Source: Octopus vulgaris (taxonomy: Eukaryota). Taken from it: DNA of 64,000 bases. The position numbers and the translations under genes were made by a program. The DNA lies in assembly GCA_951406725.2 (NCBI GenBank), contig OX597822.1, positions 28,148,001-28,212,000 of the forward strand. Reading direction: 5' to 3'. This document shows positions 13,601-25,772 of the stretch, piece after piece. The notes under the pieces are model-generated. The model saw only the letters and a list, made by a program, of their open reading frames with translations. It made no database searches and was not told where the DNA came from. Position 1 is the first letter of the stretch; every line of letters starts with the position of its first letter.

Positions 13601-16600
13601 TAATTGTGCACATAGCGCCTCAGCTTCACCATTACTCGCAAAGCAAGTTGCTCCAAGATATTTCAGAAGGGTAAGACACTGAAAAGTAAAAGACAGGTGA
13701 GTGTTTAGCCAACCTCGGAAAACCCATTATGATACTGACGTATATTAATGTAATTTGTACCACTTTCTAACAGTCAAAACGCAATATTCTTCCCACATTT
13801 AGGGTTTACGTATCTTGAAGAGATATTACGCCTAATATATAAATAAACATTACAATGACGCAAGACAGTCGGTTTTACCAATGACGTAAGGGAAATTCGG
13901 TCGGAAATGTCTTACACAAACTAAATTCTTGGCACTGTAGGAAGAAAAGAAAAGAAAGGGAGAAACAAATAGCTTAAAATTCAAAATACTGCTTGTTCTG
14001 GGAAATTCAATTCTTTCTTGTAATTTGTATTGGGCGTATTAAAGAATTCAAGAAAAATTCCATTTGTGTTTATATCTGTTTGATATCTAGAATGACAGCT
14101 TCCGTGTATAGGGTTTCTATTCAGCACTTAAGTGTTGGCTTTAAAGGAACCAGAAAGAGAAAAATAACAAGAGGGGACGGACCGATTTCACTAATAGTTG
14201 ACGTCATCCTTGTTTAAGCACTAAATTACCGAATCTTGTAAATAAGAGATTTTGGATCTTTTTGGTTTGAACGGCACTTTTTTCTAGCGGTGTCATATGA
14301 AATTGTCACCCATAATTATGACCCTAGTATCGATCTATTGCATTTCAATCTGTTAGGGTTAGTGGGAAGGGTATCTTTTTTTCTTCACAAATGTAAATAA
14401 ACCCAATCTGTTTCTTAAACGAGGGACATATTCATACGGCACAGAATGTTGTTTACCTCAATAGACGTCAGTGATTGGTTGAAATTGCAGAAATTGAAGA
14501 AAAAAAGACAAACTATAGAATTTTCTCAATAAAGCCAAAACACATTCTACCAGTATACGAAGTTTAAAATTTTTTAGTTACCTAGAAATTATGTTAAAAA
14601 CTGCCATTCAAACCGTAAAATTCCAAAATTTTTACTAATTATAAAGTTTTCTTAGTTCAATTTCTAATGTCCATTAATAAATTTGTCAGTAGAAGCGCAG
14701 GAATCGAAGTGTATCTTAAAGCCGATTTAATAAAATAAACAGTGTCTTGAACTTACATAACTCATATTTTAAGTCATATCATGACAGTTAACAAAAGTGA
14801 ATATAAAGTCTTAATATTTAGTTAAGACACATACTAAACTACCAACTAAATTTAAAGTAATTATATGTATGAGGGAAACTAACAATTTAGAGGGTCACAT
14901 GTTCAATATTAAGTTAGCTCCATTTAACCATATAATTTTCATGCAGAAGACACACCAAGGTAATTTTTCCGATAATCATACTGTTCCTAGCCACATCATA
15001 TAAAGTCTGTTCACATCTATAACACTTCAAAGCAGTTAAAGGTGGGCACCTAAAATCATTGTCTTGTGTATAATAATGTGCGTATATATAATTAGTAGTT
15101 AATATACTCCCATGGAAAGAATGGTGGTATAAACGGGTTAATGTCTAACGAAAACATTAAAATAAGAGATACTTATTGTGTTAACGCTTTATATTTATGT
15201 GTAATTTGTCTTATTAATGTGATTCGCTTGTAAGAACAAACTTCACCGCACATAACATAATTGCGAACCTCTCAGCATTCATCTGCTATAAAAATTGAGA
15301 GGAACAGTTATTGAATGAATTAACTAAATACTGCTATAAAGATTGCGATATCAAAATATAATTTCAAAGCACTAAAAGTAATTTTTACAAATTCGATTTC
15401 ACATTGAATGCAGACCACAAGTTCGCATGTGACAGATTTTAACTTCAATCAATTCTGTCTTATGTTCATTATAATACTGATTTCAAATTTTGACACAAGG
15501 CTAGCGATTTCGGGGAAGAAGTAAGTCGATTACATCGACTCCAGGAGTCAACTGGTACTTATTTTATCGATCCCGACATGATGAAAGGCAAAGTCTACCT
15601 CGACGGAGTTTGAACTCCGAACGCAAAGACGGATGAAATGTTGCTAAGCATCTCACCAGCTCGCCGTCTTAATGCCCTTTATGATATTGAGTTTCATAAG
15701 TAAAATAAGATCTGAAAGGAAATTTAGAAGGAATTTTGTCGAAAATAGATTAGAAAAAAAGCAAAAAACAAACAAATCCTACCTTTTGAGAGGTAATACT
15801 CCGAGACCGTTCCCTTCTTATTGGTGGGATACATTCTTGATTATAGGAAATCTTTCTGCGTTTGTGTACTGTTGAATCTTTTAACTCTGGGATTCTTCCA
15901 TCAATCACAAAAATTGGCTCAATGCCGTTTATCAGAAACTCGATGGTACGCAAGAAAACATTTCTGTTTAATAAAAAAATATATCAAATTAGTGTTGAAA
16001 GAATTATTGAGAGACTCAGGTTTGTAAATTGATTATTCAATATTCAAATACATTGAATATGGAGTTTTACTTTTGGAGGGAGATCCCTAATTTAGTTCGT
16101 AATATCAACAATAAATGAAAATCAAACGATGTAATCGTTGATCGAGGGATTTAAGAATGATCATCACTATTTTATAGAGAAGGGAACGGTTAAGGAACTG
16201 GGTATTTGCTTTCATCTGTCAAAGAAATTTTTGTCTTAAAATTTAATTCTTTACATTTTGCGCCTAACCTCCAATTTCGGGTCCACTTCCGGTAATGTTT
16301 TTAACTATTACATCCGTAATATTACTTTTGAAGTAATAAAATAATATAAATATTTCCTGAATTGATTCGACTATATGACAGATCCTTAAATAACTGTCAA
16401 TACTGAATTGTTGACGGGTCAACTCAATAACTTCTTTTGTGGTATTAATGAAGTAAATTCTATTAATTATACTTTTCTGCAACAAAATCTTCTGAAATTA
16501 CACGTAATGTTTCATAAAACGCCATGGCATTATATATTTCATATTACTTTTCGTTTATAATATTGATTAAGGCGGTGCTCCTGCATGGCTGCAGTCAAAT

Positions 16601-19321
16601 GATTAAAACAAATAAAAGAATAAGTTTACTGGAGCAAAACGTGAAGAGAATTTTTTTATTCAAAAACACAAAGCACCCCTCGGTCCGAGAATCGAAACCA
16701 CAATCGTAAGATCTACATTTTAACCACTAGCCACGCGCCTTCAATAGATATAAAAATGAAAAATATTTATACTCTTTGCATAGGATGTAAACTAAACGTG
16801 CCAGTATTATTTTGTGGTTTTTCTTCAAGTATATTATTTCCTAGAGCATACCTATTTCTTTACTACCAACAAGGGGCTAAACACAGAGAGGACAAACAAG
16901 GACAGACAAGCAGATTAAGTCGATTATATCGACCCCAGTGCGTAACTGGTACTTATTTAATCGACCCCGAAAGGATGAAAGGCAAAGTCGACCTCGGCGG
17001 AATTTGAACTCAGAACGTAGCGGCAGACGAAATACTGCTAAGCATTTCGCCCGGTTTGCTAACGTTTCTGCCAGCTCGCCGCCTTCTATTCTCTATAGCA
17101 TACTTCACATCAGTCCTATGATCATTACTGGTAAGGTGCTCTCTGAAGGTGATTTAGCTACTTTTTCTTGCAAACCAAACGACCATACCGAGATAATTTC
17201 ATTCCTCGAATTTACAAGTATTTTATGAGAGAGCGCCTTCCTCAACAGTCAGTCAGAGACACAATGAATGGTCTATAATTAAGATGCTTGATCTGTGTTG
17301 TAGGATACCTCGTTCTTAAGAGACCACAACCAGTGGTTGTTGTAAAACAACGGGAAATATACAGTTAGCTACAGTTTCCCCTAGTATTTATTGCACAATT
17401 TAGTTCAGAATAACGGATCTAAAACTACATCTGTCAATCGTCGTCTGATACGATTTTCAAATTTTTATATCAATCACCGAATTTTCAAATCTTATCACTT
17501 CAAAATTTACGAATTTAAATCTACAGGATTTTAATTTAGCAGAAGAGATTTCCGAGTGTTTTATAGTTGCATCGCGTAATAAAACCAGTTTCGAAACCGA
17601 TATTATGCTTCATGTATACCATTATACACTGGTAAATTAGGAAGTATATTTAGTTACTGCTCAATAATGAGAAACTATTTGACACATTCGAGAATCTTAA
17701 AGATCAACGCAGAAAAAAAGTCACAAAAAAACAAATGCTGAAAGCAAAAGAAGAGCTTCCAACCTACCCAACGTATTATTTTTAGAATGTTACTAGCCCC
17801 AGTGTAACGAAAATGACCTATTTTCGAGATGGCTATCACCTAATAGGGAGCAGAAAAAAAAAGTAAGTCATTGGTTGGGGAATGGAATTTCTGCTAAGCA
17901 TTTTATTATTACTCAAGTGTCGTAAGACAGATGTATTAGTAAAAAGTTTCAAGTATCATATTCCAAAACTTCCAATTTCCAATACATATTTTCCCCTTAC
18001 ATAAATTCAGTACCCTTTTCTCTTCCTCATAAGAATGATAGCTATTCCTAAAGTACACTACAAAAATTCACGAGAATCTTCTATCAAATGTCGAAAGCAA
18101 GGAGACTATATTAAATTCTATAAATTTTGTTTGATTAAATGTTGAAAGCTAGGAGAGAAAATACTATAACAGTCATTCCAATTTCTAGCGGTTGTATAGT
18201 ACATAGGTTAAAAGTATTTATTATCATTCTTTAAGGCAGCGAGCCGCAAGAATTGTCAGCACGCCGGGCGAAATGCTTAGCGGCATTTCGTCCGTCTTCA
18301 GGTTCCGAGTTCAAATTCCACTGAAGTCGACTTTGCCTTTAATCTTTTGGGGGTTCATAAAATAAGTACCAGATGAGTTATGTCGTCAATACAACCGACT
18401 TCGCCCCTCTCCGAAATCGCTGGCCTAACGCCAAAATTTGAAAAGTATACTCTCATTCTTTAAAGCGGCGAGTTGTCAGAATCGTTTGCACGCCAGACAA
18501 AATGCCTAGCAGCACTTCATCCGTATTTACGTTCTGAATTCCAGTTCAGTCGAGGTCGACTTTGCCATTCCTCCTTTTTGGGGTCGATAAAATAAGTACC
18601 AGTCGATGTAATTCACTTAGCCCTCCCTCTCGGAATTGCCGGCCATATGCCAACATTTTACACTAATAATATCACATTTCATTTATGAAGGACATCTACT
18701 AACAGAATGGCTAGGAGGCTAATTAGATCGACCCCAGTGCTCAAGTGGTACTTATTTTATCGACCCCAAAAGATGAACGGCAACGTCGACCTCGATAGAA
18801 TTTGAACTTAGAACGTAAAGACGGGCGAAATACCTATTTCTTTACTACCCACAAGGGGCTAAACACAGAGGAGACAAACAAGGACAGACAGACGGATTAA
18901 GTCGATTATATCGACCCCGGTGTGTAACTGGTACTTATTTAATCGACCCCAAAAGGATGAAAGGCAAGGTCGACCTCGGTGGAATTTGAACTCAGAACGT
19001 AGCGGTAGACGAAATGCCAGTAAACATATTGTCCAGCGTGCTAAAGATTCCGCCAGCTAACCACCTTGGAACCGGAATGATAATATATTATTCTTTTATC
19101 TCGATACGCTATATCTAGTGAAATCGCAATATATCAAAATAAAATATAGTCGTTGCAAAACAATTCTCCTACCTTAAGTAAATATTCTTGTAAGCGGTAC
19201 ATAATTTACATTCAACTATCCAGGTATTCAGGTCTATTGCGATTTTATAACCACTTAATTCTGATAAATACACCTCCTTCTTTACAGGTTGTAGAATTCG
19301 CCACAATGATGGCACTCCCAT
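269..19321 (-). CDS. GEN1: GEN1 Holliday junction 5' flap endonuclease (XPG/Rad2 family), coding exons 1-7, gene continues beyond window start
   Basis: Manually spliced exons 19173-19321, 15783-15963, 13589-13678, 11044-11130, 7132-7322, 2609-2706 and 269-435. All have GT-AG boundaries with matching phases and give 963 nt / 321 codons without stops. Translation: [114 protein letters not shown]. This covers the XPG-N, XPG-I and H2TH motifs plus the GEN1-type Cys/His-rich segment. Confidence 0.93.
2609..2706 (-). CDS. GEN1: GEN1 coding exon 6
   Basis: attcag|[34 protein letters not shown]|gtaatc; phases 2/1 fit the neighbouring exons. Confidence 0.85.
3041..4235 (-). mobile_element. Decayed mariner DNA transposon
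   Basis: Degenerate TIRs flanked by TA. Transposase remnants include [17 protein letters not shown] (YSPDLAPSD motif), with stops and frameshifts. Confidence 0.85.
4240..4355 (+). mobile_element. 3' tail fragment of CR1-like LINE
   Basis: gatatgacctgggccaataatggtcaaaacc matches the LINE 3' ends at 28140-28190 (-) and 54140-54190 (+). Confidence 0.55.
5660..6620 (-). mobile_element. Highly decayed Tc1-like transposon fragments
   Basis: Minus-strand remnants resembling [10 protein letters not shown] and VIFSDES motifs. Confidence 0.55.
7132..7322 (-). CDS. GEN1: GEN1 coding exon 5 (H2TH, GCDY motif)
   Basis: ttttcag| [63 protein letters not shown](R) |gtatag. Confidence 0.93.
8690..9790 (+). 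mobile_element. Decayed Tc1/mariner-superfamily (DD37D/maT-like) transposon
   Basis: Remnants [11 protein letters not shown] and DFWPPNSP across frames. Confidence 0.65.
11044..11130 (-). CDS. GEN1: GEN1 coding exon 4
   Basis: tttaag| [29 protein letters not shown] |gtaaat. Confidence 0.92.
11183..12345 (-). mobile_element. Decayed Tc1/mariner-superfamily (DD37D/maT-like) transposon
   Basis: [19 protein letters not shown] and [15 protein letters not shown] remnants; ~1.2 kb. Confidence 0.7.
12586..13110 (+). mobile_element. Helitron remnant with Pif1-like helicase C-terminus
   Basis: 5' TC..tatataaa..ctgtctgtc start; [44 protein letters not shown] (helicase motifs V-VI). Confidence 0.85.
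13198..13240 (+). ncRNA. Degenerate type-I minimal hammerhead ribozyme
   Basis: aacac-CTGAAGA-a gtctg(gagggtgtat)cagcc-GAAA-c-gtgtt. Stem I is AACAC/GUGUU; stem III and the cleavage triplet are eroded. Confidence 0.5.
13589..13678 (-). CDS. GEN1: GEN1 coding exon 3 (XPG-I, GEAEA motif)
   Basis: ttttcag| [30 protein letters not shown] |gtaaat. Confidence 0.93.
14254..14624. mobile_element. MITE-like non-autonomous DNA element
   Basis: Imperfect TIRs ggatctttttggtttgaacggcactttt / aaaaactgccattcaaaccgtaaaattcc. Confidence 0.65.
15480..15670 (-). mobile_element. tRNA-derived SINE, family A
   Basis: Reverse complement of aggcggcgagctgg..gagttcaaa..gaggtcgactttgcctttcatc..tcgataaaataagtaccag. 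Confidence 0.85.
15783..15963 (-). CDS. GEN1: GEN1 coding exon 2
   Basis: cag|A acceptor; [37 protein letters not shown]...SQK; donor AAG|gtagga. Confidence 0.92.
16850..17085 (-). mobile_element. SINE family A (near full length)
   Basis: Same consensus with pol III B-box-like gagttcaaatt. Confidence 0.9.
18233..19070. mobile_element. Cluster of SINE family A copies (two plus, two minus)
   Basis: 18233-18445(+), 18462-18660(+), 18720-18835(-), 18835-19070(-). Confidence 0.88.
19173..19321 (-). CDS. GEN1: GEN1 coding exon 1 (XPG-N)
   Basis: ATG at 19321; [49 protein letters not shown](R); donor AG|gtagga, phase 2. Confidence 0.92.
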
Positions 19322-19722
19322 TGCAGATCTAAGACATTATACAAACACTAACAGCAGTCAAAACATTATTTATAAACACGGGAATATTCAATTAATTTCT
19401 CATCATTAGTAACACTATTTATATAGTGTTGCTAAGGATATTTATATATATTTAACTATTTATATATATTTTACAATATAGATTGCTACAAAAATGTACA
19501 TTGAGAGAATAGGTTTCAAATTCGGCTTAGAATTTATTCGTATTTATAAATTTATTTAACTGATTTCTAGAATTCTGCGAGCGATATTAAAAAACTCAGC
19601 TGCGAATATTCCGTGTATCGTGTCTTTGTCTATATTTCCCGTCCGATATGTTTTCGTCTAGTTTCCTGTTTGCTCTGCTTTCGTCTTTTTTTTTCTCCTT
19701 GTTTACTCTGTTCAACCCTTTA

Positions 19723-19757
<35 letters not shown>

Positions 19758-19970
19758 CGGGAAGCTTTATGAAAATAGACAAAAGACGAAGGCAGGTTTA
19801 CGGAAATAAACAAAAGACGAAGGCAGGTGAAATACAAACGAACAATTGTATTAGTATGGCGCTCAGGAAATAGTTAATCCAAACATGGAAATACAAAAAA
19901 ACACCACAACGTGAGGACGTGGAACAAATATAGTTTTATTGGACGCTCAGGAAAGAAGGAAAGAAGGAGG

Positions 19971-20005
19971 GTTTAACGTTTCGAGCGGAGCTCTTTATCG
20001 GAAAC
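19971..20005 (-). ncRNA. Type-I minimal hammerhead ribozyme (core-mutated) within a ~320 bp repeat (19755-20070)
   Basis: Minus strand GUUU-CCGAUAA-a GAGC ucc GCUC-GAAACGUU-AAAC: stem I, stem II, GAAA and palindromic AACGUU stem III. The core deviates at two positions from CUGAUGA. Confidence 0.6.
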
Positions 20006-20069
20006 ATAGGAGAAGGAAAGATCCAAAGGGAAGACAGAGGGAAAAAAATCGTCAACGGTACACACGCGG

Positions 20070-20411
<342 letters not shown>

Positions 20412-21901
20412 GTAAATGTAATATGTGACAGTTCGGGGAGGGCTAAGTGAATTACATCGACCCCAGTGCATTCCCCCAAAAGGAGGAATGGCAAAGTCGA
20501 CCTCCACTGAACTACTCGAAAACCGGATTTAATGTACTTTTTTTATAAATTAAAGCTGCTAGAAATTCACAAAAAAACGCTACTCAGTGTTTCACGATCC
20601 GTTGGTCGGGCAGATTTTTTTTAATAACTTCCCGACGAAGGGGAACTTGAAACAGGTTGTTTGTGATCTTGCAGCTTTAATAAAAAAAAACAGTATATAT
20701 ATTCCATGGGATTCCACACAGATTCCGTCTGCCAAATTCACTCACTATGCAGTGGTCAGTCCGGCGCAAGAGATGACGCCGTAGATGGTGAGCAGTAGGA
20801 CTGTACCGAAACCTACATGGTTCCGAAGCGAGCTTCTAAACTATGCTGCCATAACTGCATGTGAGAAATGCGTGGCTGGGAAGGTATGTGTAGGGTTTTC
20901 ACACAGGTGCAAAGTGTTTAAGCTGGTAAGCAGTATGTTCATTGATAGGTGAAGATATACAGATGATAACACAATTTCAAACGTGCATAATTCTGTTTCC
21001 TCCTTTTCTATGCATGCACATACTGTGCAGACGAATTGTAAACAGTCGTCGTAACATTCGCGATTGGCTAACCGAAAATAACCTGCAGTAAGTCATAGCA
21101 ATAACTAAAGGAGGGAAGAGAGTCTTAGAAATTTGTGTAGAAATAGATTAATGGATCAAAATAATAATAAAATAAACTAACTAATAAGGATAATATATGT
21201 CACGCTTATATATTTATTTCAAATATATCTAGTATTGTGTGTACAGCTAAACGAGTGTATTTCTTATTGTACATTCGTATACTGCCATACGTTACATTAA
21301 TTGTATGCTAAAAAGGTTACAATATAAATACGTCTTTTTCTGTTTTCTCTCCACTTTTCTTTTCTCAGGCTTCCGTATAAGTAAACATTTTGGTTATGTA
21401 TAAGTAGCTCTCACTCTATGGGCGTGAAGATATGGCTGTATAAATTTTTATGTATATGTATACGTGTAACACACACATATACGCACGCACTCACACATAC
21501 ACACATGTATATAATGTTTGTACAAACACACGTGCATGTATACACATATCTATATATACACATATTCTGATTTTACCTGTGTGCATACGCCTTTGTATTT
21601 ATCCACGTATGTATGCATTTAAATAGGTTTATTATGCACACACATGCACAACACAAACACACATATACATAGTTTTGGGTAATAATTCGGAGAAGTAGTA
21701 CTCAATACAATAGAGAGAGCAAAAGTTCTTTGAAGATGCTCCATGTATGTTTGTGTATATATCATAAGTACCAATGCCAATACAGAAATTAAAAGTAAAT
21801 TTCTGACGGACAGTGTGTTGCTATCAAGGTAGAAATATAATATTGCACTATGTCCATTTCTAAAACATCGTCATGGAAATAATGCAAAATATTTTTCTAT
21901 A

Positions 21902-22240
21902 CCTTGGGCAAGTGTCTTCTACTATAGCCTCGGGTCGACCAAAGCCTTGTGAGTGGATTTGGTAGACGGAAAGTGAAAGAAGCCCGTCGTATATATGTAT
22001 ATGTGTGTGTGTATATATATATGTGTGTGTGTGTGTATGCCCCCCCCCCCCCAACATCACTTGACAACCAATGCTGGTGTGTTCACGTCCCCGTAACTTA
22101 GCGGTTCGGCAAAATCGACCGATAGAATAAGTAATAGGCTTACAAAGAATAAGTCCTGTGGTCGATTTGCTCGACTAAAGGCGGTGCTCCAGCATGGCCA
22201 CAGTCAAGTGACTGAAACATGTAAAAGAGTAAAAGAGTAT
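21902..22240 (+). mobile_element. SINE family B with internal microsatellite and LINE-like 3' tail
   Basis: ccttgggcaagtgtcttc..gtagacggaaa..ccccgtaacttagcggttcggc..ggcggtgctccagcatggccacagtcaagtgactgaaac. Other copies at 12435-12575(-), 23135-23320(+), 24660-25105(+), 25572-25770(-), 27757-28040(+), 37453-37607(-), 58735-58835(+). Confidence 0.9.
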
Positions 22241-23899
22241 ACGTGAAGTTATAGTTTCTGATCTGTAATTGAGACTGTATTATGGCGACAAGGTTGAAAA
22301 AACATGAGGAAGTATATATTCAAATTTGTTGAAATTTTCTTCTTCTTGGCAGAAGCTAACCTCTATGACAAGCTTTTGTTTTCCGTCACCCTCTCGGAAA
22401 GATGCCTCAACTATTCAAGAATTTATCGTTAACATCAATCTGTGCAACATCCTTTAATTGAATTACGCAAATCCATGCCATTATACCCTCTGAATCATTT
22501 CTTTTCTCTCTTGTATTGATTACGAGTGGATATGCTTAGAATGCTTGTTTCCATTGTTGTTGTTGTTAGGAGTGGCTGTGTGGTAAGTAGCTTGCTTACT
22601 ACTAAGTTGTGGACGCGATTTTTTCTGCGCTGAGAAAGTAACGTCGTTTGACGTTGAAATTGAACATTTGAAGCACGACCACAGGTAAGGCATTTGTATT
22701 TTTTGGGGGGTGGGGAGCTTAGTGAAGTCCGTTGTATGGTAATTTTTTTTGAACAAGGGTCTCAACTGTGTTCCAGACATTTGTTTGTCAGTGGTCGTAC
22801 TAAAAGTCTCACTTTTTAGTGAGAATTGTGTGTGTTTTCGGGAGGTGTGTCCTTCCGAAAATTTGATTTTATATGATTGTGTGCACTTCATGGGTTTTAC
22901 TAATTGGAGTACAACCAGAATTTTACCATTTGGAGTACAACCAGGAATTTTTTGCTGCAATTTTTGTGCTGCAAGGGATTTTAAACTGTGCTACAAAGGA
23001 TTACCAGAGTTGAATTTTGTTGTCATTTGAACTGTCTTCCTTCATTCTTTTCCCTTGTCTGTCTTTCTGCTCTTTTTTGTGTTTGCATTAGAGACTTTTA
23101 TTTGAACATTTTTGATTTTGTTGTGGACTTTTTATATCACTTGACATCCGATATTGGTGTGTTTACGTCCCCGTAACATAGTGGTTCGGCAAAAGAGACC
23201 GATAGAATAAAAACTAGGCTTACAAAGAAAAAGTCCTGGGGTCGATTTTCTCGGCTAAAGGCGGTACTCCAGCATGGCCACAGTCAAATGACTTAAACAA
23301 GTAAAAGAGTAAAAGAGTATATTAGAATATATTTTTAAAAGAAATATACTGAGTCCGCTGACTGACACTCGAGACATATAAACAATGTTGAACACTCATA
23401 CATGAAGAGTGTGTGTTGTTAGTTTGTCGGGCGACTGCGTTTTTTAGGCATACGAGAATATATTCTCAATGCCCTTGGTGCAAAAACACTCGAAAGCAGG
23501 TCATAAACATGTGAGACAACACTCATCCGATCTCTTTTTGCCGGAGCAACACATACACATCGTTGTTTCCTCATTATTGTGACTTGTCAATGCTGCGTAC
23601 CGAGCAAGGGGTCTCCTGTGAGCTAACTGGCTATGACTGTATGGTAAATAGTTTAAGAACCATCTACTAGCATATCCCAACATGTTATGCCACGGAAAAA
23701 AATTCAGATATCAATTAGAGACAGCTCGAGATATATAAACAAAGTAAAGTACACATAAAAAAGGTGTGTTTTGTTAGTTTGCCAGGCGGCTACGTTTCTT
23801 AGGCGTAGGAGTATATAATCTCAATAAACCAAGGGCATTGAAATTGCAGCCGCCCTCCTAACTAACAATACACACATATATCGTGTATGTGTGTTTGAC

Positions 23900-23970
<71 letters not shown>

Positions 23971-24030
23971 TACGGAGATGTACTTGAATAGCGAGTGACT
24001 TCATCGGAGATCGTGTGATGGAACGAAAAC

Positions 24031-24228
24031 AATTGCAGCGTGGAAGGTGTTTATAAGCCATTTAAGAAATACACAAAATACACAAAAAAATTTAATTTTC
24101 ATTTTCATTTTAGTTTAAATTTTTATGTTTATTTCTAATTTTAATGTTGAATTTAAATTTAAATGTTGAAGTGAATCTGACGGTTTTTGTATGTTTCTTA
24201 AATGGCTTATAAACACCTTCCACGCTAC

Positions 24229-24232
<4 letters not shown>
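24031..24232. repeat. Palindromic ~50 bp inverted repeat element
   Basis: aattgcagcgtggaaggtgtttataagccatttaagaaa ... tttcttaaatggcttataaacaccttccacgctacaatt. Confidence 0.8.
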
Positions 24233-24261
<29 letters not shown>

Positions 24262-24264
<3 letters not shown>

Positions 24265-24652
24265 TAGCTGTATCGCCCGGCGTTGTTCGGGTTTGTTTCG
24301 ATCCTTTAGAATTAGAATTTAAAAAAAATAAAAGTTTTGCATTATGTAGCTTGTTATTCTCTTTAAGTGAACATTTTTCTGGTTGAAATACACCGAAAAA
24401 TGGCGACACAGAGGTCAAATAATCGTAAAAAGAGGAATTTTCATAGAAAAAAAAGCACTTTTTTATGTAAATAATCTTTGGTGCTAACTTGGTCCGATTT
24501 GAATTTCTTTTTCTACGGAAGGAAGAGCAAGCCTTTTTCTATCATACTCTCAATTTCGATCAACTTGCGCCGCAGGGTCTCGGAGGAGATAGTGTTAGTT
24601 GAAGGCTACCAAACCTGCCATACACAGACAACTTCAGCTTTATATATATAAG
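24262..24652 (-). mobile_element. Non-autonomous Helitron
   Basis: Minus strand begins TCttatatatataaa and ends with hairpin cccgaacaacgccggg followed by CTAG; partial plus-strand copy at 61310-61593. Confidence 0.8.
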
Positions 24653-24810
24653 AGCAAGAGTAGATGTGTGATAAGTAGCTTCCTTACAAACCACATGGTT
24701 CCGGGTTCAGTCTACCACGTAACACATTGAGCGAATGTTTTCTAGTATTGCCTCGGGTCGACAAAAGGCTTGTGATTGGATTTGGTAGGCGGAAACTTAA
24801 AGAAGACCGG

Positions 24811-24932
<122 letters not shown>

Positions 24933-25202
24933 TTCGCATCATCGCTTGACAGCTAATGTTGGCGTGTTTACATCCCCGTCACTTAGCGGCTCGGCAAAAG
25001 AGACCGATAGAATAAATATTAGGGATACAAAGAATAAGTCCTGGGGTCGATTTGTTTGACTAAAGACAGTGCTCCAGCAAAATGACTGACAGAAAGAATG
25101 AATAAAATAACATATATATATTATATGCATATATATATATATATATATATATTTATATCAAAATTTCCATTCTTGTTCCATTCTTGTTACTTTTTTCTTA
25201 GT

Positions 25203-25253
<51 letters not shown>

Positions 25254-25772
25254 TACATATAAACACATAAGGAATCCACTCGTGGAATTCAACAGCTAGG
25301 TTCTATAACCACAAAATTAGGGATAAAATTCGACAGGAACGAAATGAAAAAATAAAAACATTTTACCAACAAATTTCCTGGACCAATTGGTTTCTGATTT
25401 TAGTTTAGCAAGCAAATAAGTAATATTTGCTCACGACGTGAAATCGTCCTCAACATGTACACCTTGGGTTAAATATATAAACAACAAGGCAATCAAACTA
25501 TATGCCTCCCATTTATATATCCTAATTTTTTCAAAATCTACTGCGCAGATTTATATATATATATATATATACTCTTTTACTCTTTTACTTCTTTCAGTCA
25601 TTTGACTGCGACCATGCTGGAGAACAGCCTTTCGTCGAGCAAGTCGACCCCAGGACTTATTCTTTGGAAACCTAGTACTTATTCTATCAGAGCCTTTTGC
25701 CGAACCGCTAAGTTACGGGGACGTAAAGACACCACCATCGACTGTCAAGCGATATTGGGGGACAAACATATA

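Noticed and set aside
16850-17085. tRNA-like A/B boxes
   Set aside because: These are SINE heads; no complete cloverleaf tRNA gene was found.
21040-21385. Possible plus-strand non-coding exons (donor-like gca|gtaagt near 21088, strong acceptor at 21368) divergent from GEN1
   Set aside because: Splice-like motifs alone are insufficient; no coding partner gene is visible head-to-head with GEN1.
22520-23030. 146-aa minus-strand ORF
   Set aside because: No recognisable domain. It interrupts a SINE and is probably a decayed retroelement fragment that I cannot classify.
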